Origin: a virus
Taxonomy: Duplodnaviria > Caudoviricetes
DNA: 64,000 nt
Reading direction: 5' to 3' (one strand)
Virus record (IMG/VR): IMGVR_UViG_3300032218_000600
Span: 5,717-69,716 of that record
Of the stretch, positions 30,401 to 36,871 are shown in pieces. Each line of letters opens with the position of its first letter. Positions within the stretch are counted from its first letter, which is position 1. Made by a program: the position numbers and the translations under genes. The notes under the pieces were generated by a model. The model was given only the letters and a program-made list of their open reading frames with translations, did no database searches and was not told the origin of the DNA.

Positions 30401-33400
30401 GAAAGTACTAGTCTTAACATTGGAGTTGAAGGTGCAATATCAACGGCACAGGTTACAGTAAGTCAAACAGTAGCATCAACTAGTCTCGTATTTAGACCAG
30501 TAGTAGAACTATCAAACTCTACCCTGTCTGCTATTGCTGACGGTAAAGAAATATATTTTGGATTGGAGCCACAGTTTACCTATGGAATACAACCTAAAGG
30601 TACAGACAAACTAATAATGAGTTCTGTATTTGGTATTCATATTGGAGATATACTAACAACTTCTGTACCATTTTTAACTACTTCAGGTATACCTGTTAAT
30701 ACAACAGTAACCGCTATAGATATTGTAGCTAGCACAGTGACATTATCTAATAATGTTACTGCATCTATACCGGTAGGAACAGAGTTGACATTCGGTTACA
30801 ACAGATTATACTTCCGTAAGAGCACTAGCGATGGTAGTATTAAACCGTTAGAAACTGATTATGATACTGCCCTGTCCGGCGGAGCATTTGAAGGCACTGC
30901 GTTAACCAGTGCATCTGGATTAGCCGCTGATGACATTATTCTCGACGGCGATGATTTTATTACCCCAACAACGAGTCCAGCAACTGAAGAAGTAGTGCCA
31001 GGCCAAATTACAGATGCGGTAGCAATCAAAGTATTTTACAGACCAACCAGCGGATCTGCTAACATTAAAGTTGACAACTATCGTGCAGACGGTGAAACTT
31101 TAACTTTTGGTATTTCTCAATATCCAAATAGCAATCAAGCAATAATAGTTAAACTAAATCATCAAGTATTAAATCCGTCAGAGTTTACATTAGACTATAG
31201 AAACAAAACAGTAACATTAAATGTAACTCCGGTTGCCGATGATACAGTTTCTATATTCAGCTTTGGATTTAATGGTGACGGTGTATTAGATATTGACTAT
31301 TTTGTAGGCAATGGTTCAACTTACGAGTTTATTACTAAAGCACCGTGGGTAGACTCAACAACATCGTTGATCTATGTTGATGGAGAGCCTGCGGTTTGCG
31401 AACTATTTAAAACAGATCAAACTTATGACATTGATAGTTCTGTTGGAATACGATTTGCTGTACCTCCTGCTCAAAATGCAGTTGTTAACTATGTAATCGT
31501 TAACGGTTCACAACAAACATTCTCAGTAACAAAATCAGAATCTTTTATTGCCGACGGCGATACGTCATTGTTTACTACTGCAAACAAGATTGGTGAAAAG
31601 TTACCACTAGAACAAAATATTTTTGTTAAAGTCAATAGACAAATTCTAGCACCGGCAAATGTAGCATATTTTAAACTTGCAAGAAACAAGCTAACTTATA
31701 CTATTGATCAAAGTATAGCATTGCCATATACACCCGATATTAGAAATATATCAGTGTTTGTTGACGGGACACTTTTATCTACAGGAGTTGATTACTTGGT
31801 TGATTTAAGTGTAATATCTATTACTATTACAAAAGGCGTATATCAAACTTATAAAGGTAAAACTTTAATGGTTAGTATAAGCACTGATCAGCAATATACC
31901 GCTACGACTAACTCAGTATCGTTTATTAACAAACCATCGGATGGGTCAGTTGTAGAAATTATTACAGCATACAATCATGATATATTAGATATTCAAAGAG
32001 CAGGATATACAATCAACTCAACTTTAGATTACACACCAGACACACCAGAATATTACACATATACTGGATTAAGTAATGGTTATTTTGAGTTAGGTAGATC
32101 AGTTATTAGCAGTGAGTATGTTTTTGTTATTAAAAATAAAAATCTACTAACTCCGGCTATTGACTATGTGCTAAACAGTGACAATCAAAGTATTACACTT
32201 GCGGAAACACCGGATGTTAATGACAAATATGAAGTTATGACCTATAGTGGTAATATTCATAAATCAACTGTTAGTTACATGCAGTTCAAAGATATTTTAA
32301 ACAGGACTCACTTTAAACGATTAAGTTTGAGAAAACAGGCAAAGCTAACTCAAACTTTACATTATACTGATACTGTTATTCATGTAGATGATGCCAGCAA
32401 CTTTGATATTCCAAACAGAGATCAAAATCATCCAGGCATCATTGAAGTTAACGGTGAGCGTATCGAATATTTTATCAAAGACGGAAATACCCTACGTCAG
32501 TTACGTCGAGGCACGTTAGGAACTGGAGTACGACCAGTTAACACAGTTGGAACCGTTGTTCAAGATATTGGCCCATCGGAGACAATACCTTATAAAGATA
32601 CAAACATAATAACTCAAGTTAAATCAGCAGGAACTAACATTGTACCTTTGAACTATGTACCTACTAAAGATACAGTTGTTTGGCAGTTTGCTAATGGTTT
32701 TGTTTCAAGTATACCGTCAGGCTACGGTCAATCTAATGATGTTGAAGTATTTGTTGGCGGATATAATACAGATAGCATTTGGTTACCAAACACTGAATAC
32801 CAAGTTAACGACATTGTAAATGTTGGTAGTTATACATTTAGAGCCATTGTAAAGCATAGGGGTTCCAGCACATTCAGCAGTACAGTTACAACCCTTGATA
32901 GCCAAGGTGCTGACATTGAGTCAGGTGTTGCATCTGCTAGTGTATGGAAGTTTTTTATTGGCAATATACGACTAAAGAAACATCCGTTTAGTGCGCACAA
33001 TGTTAACATCCATCCTGAAAGCACAGAAGGTGACGTTCAACTAGACCCAGACTTTTCAGTTGACGGCACTTCAAAGTCTTTAAGATTAACGCACACACTA
33101 GATGAAGGTACAAATGTAACTGTTGTTAAGAAAGTAGGCACAATGTGGAATGAAATTAATTTTGTTCCGCAAGCATCTTCTTTTGATAGCAATACATTTA
33201 CAATCGATAATGGTTACACTACATTTGATAATAAAAATGCAACATTGCTACAAAATAGCAATAAGGTAATTTCGGAGTTCTTGAAAGCAACCCCGGGAGC
33301 ATGGTATACACATAACGCTAAATATGGAAACGAAACAGTTATAACATCGTCAACATTTGACAGCTCATCGTCAACGTTTGATGGGTCTAACTCAACATTC

Positions 33401-33412
33401 GATCAAGGATAA
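18464..33412 (+). CDS. Giant 4982-aa baseplate/virion protein (gp7-position), multidomain
   Basis: Uninterrupted 14.9-kb ORF after gp6. Contains CBM5/12-like W..Y..G..V.Y motifs, FG-GAP-like repeats, GSGY..P repeats, beta-sandwich-like segments and C-terminal TFD repeats. Confidence 0.75.
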   Translation: MVDKTNPTENNISNFLPRYYRSDANKKFLQATVEQLVKPGKVKKVNGYLGRRNAKASTGNDIFVASPTQVREQYQLEPSITINDKFGTTEFFKDYQDYINQLGVFGSNTGNHSRLNKQEFYSWNPHIDWDKFVNFQQYYWLPYGPESIKIYGQQRAITSTYSVKWESELGSKEYIFTPNGVSRNPTIKLFRGQTYHFDINSPGEPFSLKFARSPSKLDRYVAHQAVSDFAVEVGTVTFTVPDDCPDVLFYVSENDINLGGVIEVFDIKDNTEIDVEADIVGKKTYKLPTGLHLSNGMKVQFGGNVVPEIYATGAFYVEGVGSEIKLIPEAALELIYPYTDEVSVLFDDGQFDNLPFGSATAYAGKLDYIVINRGSRDKNPWSRYNRWFHQDVINAGAKYNGSIASLDQNTRAVRPIIEFEADLKLFNFGLEAGPDVDLLDDFTQDVFSTIEGSIGYSVDGIPLVEGHKVLFTADTDQRVVGKTYRVTFITVQDSIKETRSRQIHLVPISEPAKDQVVVVKQGQLHQGTMYWYTGTVWKSAQNKTSLNQTPLFDVVDSEGYSFGDTSVYDGSTFEGTKLFSYKEGTGTIDANLGFALSYKNINNTGDIVFNFNAITDTFQYKSIEKILQKNISVGYFVKSLTNNQIAYLNGWQVSTVTNYQPAIRIYKNSNKVNNFDLDIFDNKSNLTDLEVRIYINGIRLDKTQWSIVDGAVYKKIILNTDIALTDVLTIKAFALQPINQNGYYEVPINLQNNPLNNTMGDFTLGEVIDHVNSIVDNCQLFSGSFPGRNNLRDIGNLSALGTKFVQHSGPFSLSMYHVTSTNNNIVKAIEEAREKYGQFKRTFITVAQTIGVDTDTKSFVDLILQEINKDKPKTAPYYFSDLVPYGSASRNDFTVIDYRILTYPLSALFDVNYLSNKAVGVYLNSVQLIYGIDYVFDSQGFVKIIAQLTTGDTVTIYEYDNTDGCFVPPTPTKLGIWPKFEPKIYIDTTLVTPRKMIQGHDGSQVLAYSDPDQPNDYRDELLLELEKRIFNNIKVEYDPAIFDILDVVPGYNRSNDYSLDEFNEVLAPSFYKWTSLIDKDFTKPLSFDRNNPLTFNYRGHSAPDGRETPGYWRGIYRWLLDTDRPNICPWEMLGFSIEPAWWQSVYGPAPYTSDNKILWNDLSEGIIREPNQPIVRNTKCVRPFLKDSIPVDEFGNIQSPLLSNLATGIITASTNGDYVFGDVSPIEAAWRRSSYFPFSILLASMLLTPAKTFGSLIDRSRIVRNLTGQLIYKDTGLRVRPQDVVLPNIYSSSTRTQTAGIINYLVDYILSDNLKSYDQYVYDLENIDFKISYRIGGFTSKEKFNLLLDSKNPTAVGGVFVPQENYNIILNSSSPVKKITYSGVIITKLQDGYEVKGYSKIQPYFKYYAWTQSGSTFNVGGISETFVTWQANERYVLGKIVKYNTQFYRTTATHISNDTFNADAFQKLPSLPVIGGQNAILRKRWDRTEEIVVPYGTKFRDVQSVVDFLLGYGEWLKDQGFVFDDFNNALAQISNWETSAKEFMFWTTQNWSSGQDKWADWDPDNAVPYGSIVRYNGDYYRALRGLAANPIFHEEYYTKLDGLSTVGSSVISLSPSAGKITITTDYTVVDDILNLFNGYEIFGVDGTKIEPNFLDSYRKDNLTSYTPRGDIGVFGATFFLVQKEHVLILDNTTLFNDTIYNPESGYRQERIKTSSYVSTEWYGGFDVPGFIFDQAKTQEWSAWTDYALGDIVKYKEFFYSANSSVVGTSEFDDAMWIKLSKEPTARLLPNWSYKAAQFEDFYSLDSGNFDVGQQKMAQHLIGYQKRQYLENIIQDDVSEFKFYQGMIIEKGTQNVLTKLFDVLSAEGEESLKFFEEWAVRVGQYGATAAFEEIEFILDESKFKNNPQGFELVNAIDDTKIDFIIRQTSNDIYLKPLGYNNSPWPLKQIDNPYLRTPGYVRADEVLYTINSIENITDVDASGNPLYPVSSFVDGTYIWCGFEGRGWNVYRFTDAPYKILDATYSNSTLTIKTDKQVRLPVGTWVAFDQVTGFSGFYKIKKVTLDSFTVSATLKTPPGNPFAEQSTALMAYLSSQRVESIDSANLILTRRLNNNEKLWTDKTSTANSWAVWEYSPVYARKQINDPTPTADGKFGRSISVSKDGLFAIVSTANKVVITYDKVPGTSLWLQRQSVFIPFIHRIADQNLQQDGFFAEITSISPDSSWVAFGSPNTSAAASAYVGVFDVGTGYTLGNIVVDDSTLTAWEAKKAVPAGSMLTDTQYWKQLNYISTSITGSSSGLLAQGAVSLYQKDTSNTIALIATVVSPLPTQNEYFGSNLLFGNNNLFVTAKGAGSSGRIYQYTYTSGLGWVFASVIECPGLVSGAEFGYSMSISTDGTLAVSAPGINTVFIYSADDYTVPAKTLTLPVNLSVEDSPRYGEAVAISDSGTYLAVGIQQFDLTKIDQGEVRVYDLSVTTLLVDSPYQTLLSPRPEASEYFGSKVAFMNNEETIVIFSPNGDSLLETTFNIDGITTFDNRTLRLFETDIDSGRVDVFDRYINNWVYSESIDPGTDPVTGEFLISSNDKFGSGFAVANNSIIIGAPGNTSNNVRSGKVYSYIKPVNTLSWEVIQEAVQKPDLSKIKKAFLYNKKTNKLVSYLDVIDPAQGKIPGVADQYLKYKTFFDPAVYSVGTTDVTVDDGQSWTDSQVGTLWWDLRPAKFIDSYGGDVVYRNSTWNTLFPTATIDIYEWVKTKYLPAEWDKIADTEAGLTNGISGKSLYGNTVYSVKKRYDSISQSFKNTYYYWVKNKKTIPSIGDRSLSASDISLLIANPKGQDYKYIALTSANSFSIVNAQSLLNDKDVVLSVQYWTTEQTDQNIHSEWRLISEDTNSFLPKHIEEKWFDSLCGKDSNERVVPDLDLPPKLRYGVMSRPRQSMFVNRFEALKQLIERANTTLLETLIVNNKDISDLNSYDLEPSVVTGLYDFVVDTDAELRFSNVSAVKLAVITPIVSNNGYITGITIINPGNGYINAPYITVRGNGTGASLKAIINAKGQITGATVISKGQGYDSYTTVEIRNYSVLVHSDNQALGRWSIYAYDPTLKIWERSRSQAYDVRKYWSYADWYATGFNQFTLADFSVDTISAISTINVSINQLVKVRTSGSGGWILLKKYADSESIDWTQSYTVVGTESGTIQLSNELYKFANTTLGYDGSLFDGDTFDNTAVKELRIILDSLKNKIFIDDLRQIYLDLFFTCLRYAFAEQTYLDWAFKTSFVRAQHNVGALKQKTTYNNDNLADFEAYIEEVKPYRTKIREYVSSYTGVDTSELSVTDFDILPVKENGQYAQMTLSVVDGQVNATHPEILSYPWKHWLDNVGFEITELVLTDSGSGYITPPVVRFQGGYGSGAEAKAFIANGKVNRILLVSPGEKFYSAPTVILDGGVGVDGTSAKAIAKIGNSVVRSSLIKMKFDRVSRTYFVTELTENETFTGTGNKTQFLLKWGPDVRIGKSTVTVDGVDILRDSYVLTIAKNTTRGYTAYYGTITFDTPPAKSSIIKVSYIKDWSLLNAPDRIQYYYNPTTGQVGKDLSQLMTGVDYGGTIITGLDFNVSSGWDSLPYFSDGWDSIDPTFDDYIIRAGLNANVFELPYIPEAGVEINIYHNSTRIDDLNYGTSEPVVNLNATMQTFVGDGINSTITLPSISVTKPTSAIVNNNTNVITLPVVDDIQVGSLLLSPDVIPTGTSVVAVTSNLVAITQTGSISGTTLTMSGLTDSYIGMLVTGAGVQPNTYITSVDLAIIAQAEVQKIDVSGVATDQVSFLGQPVLYSAEDDMASDTVIKIAADRDAIIETWNTANPDKQIANIEIDFTNQDAGGNLSGVGADAETGQFSCLYTRIVIGQPIMVVGNLTGTATIDGYVNPTVYYVVDTNGTTTFTISAIVGGSPVSTTAGTTSGLTFTKLAINSTTLKITYADNAGDVPVISSATSNGITFSESTSLNIGVEGAISTAQVTVSQTVASTSLVFRPVVELSNSTLSAIADGKEIYFGLEPQFTYGIQPKGTDKLIMSSVFGIHIGDILTTSVPFLTTSGIPVNTTVTAIDIVASTVTLSNNVTASIPVGTELTFGYNRLYFRKSTSDGSIKPLETDYDTALSGGAFEGTALTSASGLAADDIILDGDDFITPTTSPATEEVVPGQITDAVAIKVFYRPTSGSANIKVDNYRADGETLTFGISQYPNSNQAIIVKLNHQVLNPSEFTLDYRNKTVTLNVTPVADDTVSIFSFGFNGDGVLDIDYFVGNGSTYEFITKAPWVDSTTSLIYVDGEPAVCELFKTDQTYDIDSSVGIRFAVPPAQNAVVNYVIVNGSQQTFSVTKSESFIADGDTSLFTTANKIGEKLPLEQNIFVKVNRQILAPANVAYFKLARNKLTYTIDQSIALPYTPDIRNISVFVDGTLLSTGVDYLVDLSVISITITKGVYQTYKGKTLMVSISTDQQYTATTNSVSFINKPSDGSVVEIITAYNHDILDIQRAGYTINSTLDYTPDTPEYYTYTGLSNGYFELGRSVISSEYVFVIKNKNLLTPAIDYVLNSDNQSITLAETPDVNDKYEVMTYSGNIHKSTVSYMQFKDILNRTHFKRLSLRKQAKLTQTLHYTDTVIHVDDASNFDIPNRDQNHPGIIEVNGERIEYFIKDGNTLRQLRRGTLGTGVRPVNTVGTVVQDIGPSETIPYKDTNIITQVKSAGTNIVPLNYVPTKDTVVWQFANGFVSSIPSGYGQSNDVEVFVGGYNTDSIWLPNTEYQVNDIVNVGSYTFRAIVKHRGSSTFSSTVTTLDSQGADIESGVASASVWKFFIGNIRLKKHPFSAHNVNIHPESTEGDVQLDPDFSVDGTSKSLRLTHTLDEGTNVTVVKKVGTMWNEINFVPQASSFDSNTFTIDNGYTTFDNKNATLLQNSNKVISEFLKATPGAWYTHNAKYGNETVITSSTFDSSSSTFDGSNSTFDQG

Positions 33413-33417
33413 TACAA

Positions 33418-34557
33418 ATGACACAGCAGGTAATTAATATTGGTAACGAAGTCAACGACGGTACAGGGGATACACTTCGTACTGGCGCATCAAAGATAAA
33501 TCAAAACTTTGATGAAGTTTATACAGCATTAGCCAGTCGAGGGCCTCAACAACCAGCAGATTGGAGCGCCACTACCGGTGTTACTCGAATCCTTAACAAG
33601 CCAACAATACCTGCGGCACAAGTAAGCAGTGATTGGAACGCAACATCTGGAGTTGCTCAAATATTAAATAAACCCCCATTGTTTAGTGGGGATTACAATG
33701 CATTAGACAACAAGCCAACAATACCGCCAGCACAAATAAACAGTGACTGGTCAGAAGGTAATCCATCATCAAAGGCTTTTATTGCCAACAAGCCAACAAT
33801 ACCTGCGGCTCAACTACAAAGCAACTGGAATGAAACAAATCCTGCTTCAAAGGCTTTTATCGCCAACAAACCAACAATACCAGCCGCCCAAATACAAAGC
33901 GATTGGGCTGTGACACAAGATAATCGTTTAGATTTTATTAAAAATAAACCAGTATTATTCAGCGGTGACTACAATGATTTAAGCAATCTTCCAACACTTC
34001 CAAGCCCTCAAGTGCAAAGTGATTGGAATGAAACTAATAATGCGTTAAAATCTTTCATTGCAAATAAACCAACTATCAACACTCTTGTACCAACACAAAC
34101 TGGCAATCCGGGCAAGTTTTTAACTACAAACGGTTCAACAGTATCGTGGGCAACCGTTACTGGCACTGGCCTTACCAGTAGAGCTACTCCGAGTGTAACA
34201 ACTTCTAGTTTGGTATCCGGTGCATCTGCCAATGCTGTGATTACTGGATTTAAAGGTTATGCACTTCTTGGAATAACTGTAACTGCTGGCGCATGGGTAA
34301 CTGTATATAACAGTACAACTACTAGGTCAGCAGACGCTGGAAGATCTATTACTACTGACCCAAGTCCAAACTCAGGTATCATTGCAGAAGCTATTAGTAC
34401 TGGTGCTAGTGCATCAACTACTTATTTTACTCCTGCGGTTATAGGTTTTAGTGCTGAAAATTCACCAACAACTAGCATCCCAATAAAAGTTTATAATAAT
34501 AGCGGATCAACAAATGCTATTACAGTAACATTAATATTGTTACAACTAGAGGCATAA
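33418..34557 (+). CDS. gp9/gp10-like baseplate-attached fibre with SDW-NKP repeats
   Basis: N-terminal INIG...NDGTGDTLRTG..KIN.NF motif, 8 internal repeats, C-terminal beta domain. Confidence 0.7.
   Translation: MTQQVINIGNEVNDGTGDTLRTGASKINQNFDEVYTALASRGPQQPADWSATTGVTRILNKPTIPAAQVSSDWNATSGVAQILNKPPLFSGDYNALDNKPTIPPAQINSDWSEGNPSSKAFIANKPTIPAAQLQSNWNETNPASKAFIANKPTIPAAQIQSDWAVTQDNRLDFIKNKPVLFSGDYNDLSNLPTLPSPQVQSDWNETNNALKSFIANKPTINTLVPTQTGNPGKFLTTNGSTVSWATVTGTGLTSRATPSVTTSSLVSGASANAVITGFKGYALLGITVTAGAWVTVYNSTTTRSADAGRSITTDPSPNSGIIAEAISTGASASTTYFTPAVIGFSAENSPTTSIPIKVYNNSGSTNAITVTLILLQLEA
33540..34080 (+). repeat. In-frame degenerate tandem repeats (6x Q.(S)DW...NKP, 2x FSGDYN.L.N.P)
   Basis: Visible in both protein and DNA, e.g. 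AAAGGCTTTTATYGCCAACAARCCAACAATACC twice; differences are largely synonymous. Confidence 0.85.
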
Positions 34558-34558
34558 T

Positions 34559-36202
34559 ATGTCAACTGATTTATCACCCGCAGACAATCAGCTAATGATC
34601 AGTATCTATCTTAAACGAGATAAGCACGAGAACGGTATGACGTTAGAAGAATATGCAAATGGTGTTATTGCAGGCACATTTCCTGCTCTTGACCATGATG
34701 CATTTGTTTATCAGTTTGGCGCAGTTGAAGATCAAGTTGCTCTTGTAGTCGAGTGGGCAGTTACAAATAATTTAGAAGTAGTAGAATTGTCTCAAGGAAC
34801 TGCATCGGTTAAAGTAAATGGTACCGTAGAACAGTTTAATAATATTTTTAATATTACATTACAAACAGTTACTGAAAATGATAGAACTTATTATACACAT
34901 GACGGCGATATAACACTACCGTCTGAAATAAATGATGTTGTACAATCAGTTATTGGTTTAGATAATACTGTATCGTTTAGAAATAATGCAATTTTAGATA
35001 CATCAACTCCTGGGGATTTAGAACCAAACTTAATTTCAAACCCTTCCCCTGTTGATCTTTCATATGCATATAAATTTCCTAGCGGGTCAGGAACATATCT
35101 ATCACAAGGAAAAGGTTCATGCGTTGGCATTATATCTCTTGGCGGTGGATATACTACGCAGAACTTAACCAGTACATTTAGTAGAATAAGCCAACCAAAC
35201 CCAACAGTTGTTGATGTAGGAGTTGACGGTGCAACTAATAGCCCCAACTATGATCCGTACGGCGGCAACGGTGAAAACATGTTAGACATATATTGTTCAG
35301 CATCGGTTGCGCCGTCTGCAAAAATTGTTATGTATTTTGCGCCTAATAGTTTTCAAGGATTTATTGATGCAGTGGCCGCAGCCACAAATGATTCAACAAA
35401 CAATCCCAGCGTGATTAGTATTAGTTGGGGAACAACTGATTCTAACTTTGTTTATTATGGCTTATTATCTCCATTTGAGATAGCATTACAAGCCGCGGTA
35501 GTTAAAGGTATCACAGTATTTGTGGCCGCCGGAGATTTTGGAGTAAGGGCTGTTAATGGTGGCGCCACTTACACCGTTCAATATCCAGCAACAAGCCCCT
35601 ATGTAATATGTGCCGGCGGCACAGTCATGTCTATTAACAACGATTATTCTATAGCTAGCGAAGTTCCTTGGGGAACTAGCGGTGGAAGTTATGCGGGCGG
35701 CGGAGGTGTTAGTGCAGTGTTTAGTGTGCCAAGTTGGCAAACAGGATTCAATAGTAAACTGTACCCAGGCGGAACTGTATCATCCTTAACTGGTAGAGGA
35801 ATACCCGATGTATCTGCACATGCTACGGGTTATTTTTTCTATTATGGGCCAAGTAATGCTAGCGGAAGTTTTGTTGGAACAAGTGCAACAGCCCCATTAC
35901 TAGCAGGCATGATGGCGCGATTAAATCAGTTAACAGGTAGACGTATAGGATTTGTTAATACTGATTGGTATAGTGCTATAAGCTCTGCATTTAATGATCA
36001 AATAACCGGAGACAATCACGGCGGCAATACTGTAGGCTATTCAGCTACAGCAGGTTGGGATGCTTGTACAGGATTAGGCAGTCCAAAAGGTACAGAACTT
36101 TATAAGTTGTATAAAACTGGAACAACTTTTCCTAGGCGCAACGATGGTTTTAGACCCTCTACCGGAGCTGTTTATCCAAGAAATGTTTTGGGCATAAGAT
36201 AA
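34559..36202 (+). CDS. Sedolisin/kumamolisin (peptidase S53) with pro-domain
   Basis: ENMLD (Glu/Asp), SISWG, AAGDFG (oxyanion Asp), GTSATAP (Ser), GWDACTGLGSP (Ca site); N-terminal activation domain. Confidence 0.9.
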   Translation: MSTDLSPADNQLMISIYLKRDKHENGMTLEEYANGVIAGTFPALDHDAFVYQFGAVEDQVALVVEWAVTNNLEVVELSQGTASVKVNGTVEQFNNIFNITLQTVTENDRTYYTHDGDITLPSEINDVVQSVIGLDNTVSFRNNAILDTSTPGDLEPNLISNPSPVDLSYAYKFPSGSGTYLSQGKGSCVGIISLGGGYTTQNLTSTFSRISQPNPTVVDVGVDGATNSPNYDPYGGNGENMLDIYCSASVAPSAKIVMYFAPNSFQGFIDAVAAATNDSTNNPSVISISWGTTDSNFVYYGLLSPFEIALQAAVVKGITVFVAAGDFGVRAVNGGATYTVQYPATSPYVICAGGTVMSINNDYSIASEVPWGTSGGSYAGGGGVSAVFSVPSWQTGFNSKLYPGGTVSSLTGRGIPDVSAHATGYFFYYGPSNASGSFVGTSATAPLLAGMMARLNQLTGRRIGFVNTDWYSAISSAFNDQITGDNHGGNTVGYSATAGWDACTGLGSPKGTELYKLYKTGTTFPRRNDGFRPSTGAVYPRNVLGIR

Positions 36203-36216
36203 ACATTAAACTAGTA

Positions 36217-36238
36217 GTTAATAAACATTGATAAATAT
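36217..36238 (+). promoter_or_regulatory. Late promoter variant GTTAAT-N8-ATAAATAT
   Basis: Third occurrence with the same 8-nt spacing; the upstream AAACTAGTAG resembles AAACTACGCG at 9285. Confidence 0.6.
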
Positions 36239-36259
36239 TAAAAATAAAGAGAGATTACT

Positions 36260-36868
36260 ATGCAGAGTAAAGATTTAACGGGGATTCATGTAGAAGGACA
36301 TATTAAAATATGGGACCCTTCTACGAATGAAGTACTCATTGACAAACGTAATGCTATTCATTATGAAAATATCAGTATCGCATTGGCACAAAGTATTGCT
36401 AATAGCGGTCAAGGATTTATATATCAAATGGCATTTGGCAATGGCGGTACTGCCATCGATCCTACAGGTATTATTACATACTTAACTCCAAATAGTAGCG
36501 GAGCAAATGCTAGTCTTTATAACGAAACATATACTAAAGTAGTTGACGATAGATCAAGCAATAACACTGATCCAACACGCAACTACATTGAAACTCGTCA
36601 TGTAACTGGAACAAACTATACAGATGTTTTTATTACATGCCTTTTAGACTACGGCGAACCTGAAAATCAGCTAGCATTTGATAATACAACTGATAATCAA
36701 GGAACTTTTGTTTTTGACGAATTAGGTTTAAAAAGCTATAGTTCAACTGGCAATCAGTTATTGCTAACTCATGTTATTTTTCATCCAGTACAAAAATCAT
36801 TGAACAGATTAATACAGATTGACTATACTGTTCGTATACAAAGCCTTACTGGCCTAGCGGGAGTATAA
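36260..36868 (+). CDS. Virion structural protein (tail/baseplate, fibre-attachment-like)
   Basis: G.IKIWD...LIDKRNAI, MAFGNGG, FDELGL, HPVQKSLNR; position in the tail operon. Confidence 0.55.
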   Translation: MQSKDLTGIHVEGHIKIWDPSTNEVLIDKRNAIHYENISIALAQSIANSGQGFIYQMAFGNGGTAIDPTGIITYLTPNSSGANASLYNETYTKVVDDRSSNNTDPTRNYIETRHVTGTNYTDVFITCLLDYGEPENQLAFDNTTDNQGTFVFDELGLKSYSSTGNQLLLTHVIFHPVQKSLNRLIQIDYTVRIQSLTGLAGV

Positions 36869-36871
36869 TAG

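Noticed and set aside
33540-34080. CRISPR array or DGR template/variable repeat
   Set aside because: The repeats are in-frame and degenerate with largely synonymous changes. There are no constant repeats with unique spacers, no adenine-specific mismatch pattern was noticed, and no reverse transcriptase is present in the window.
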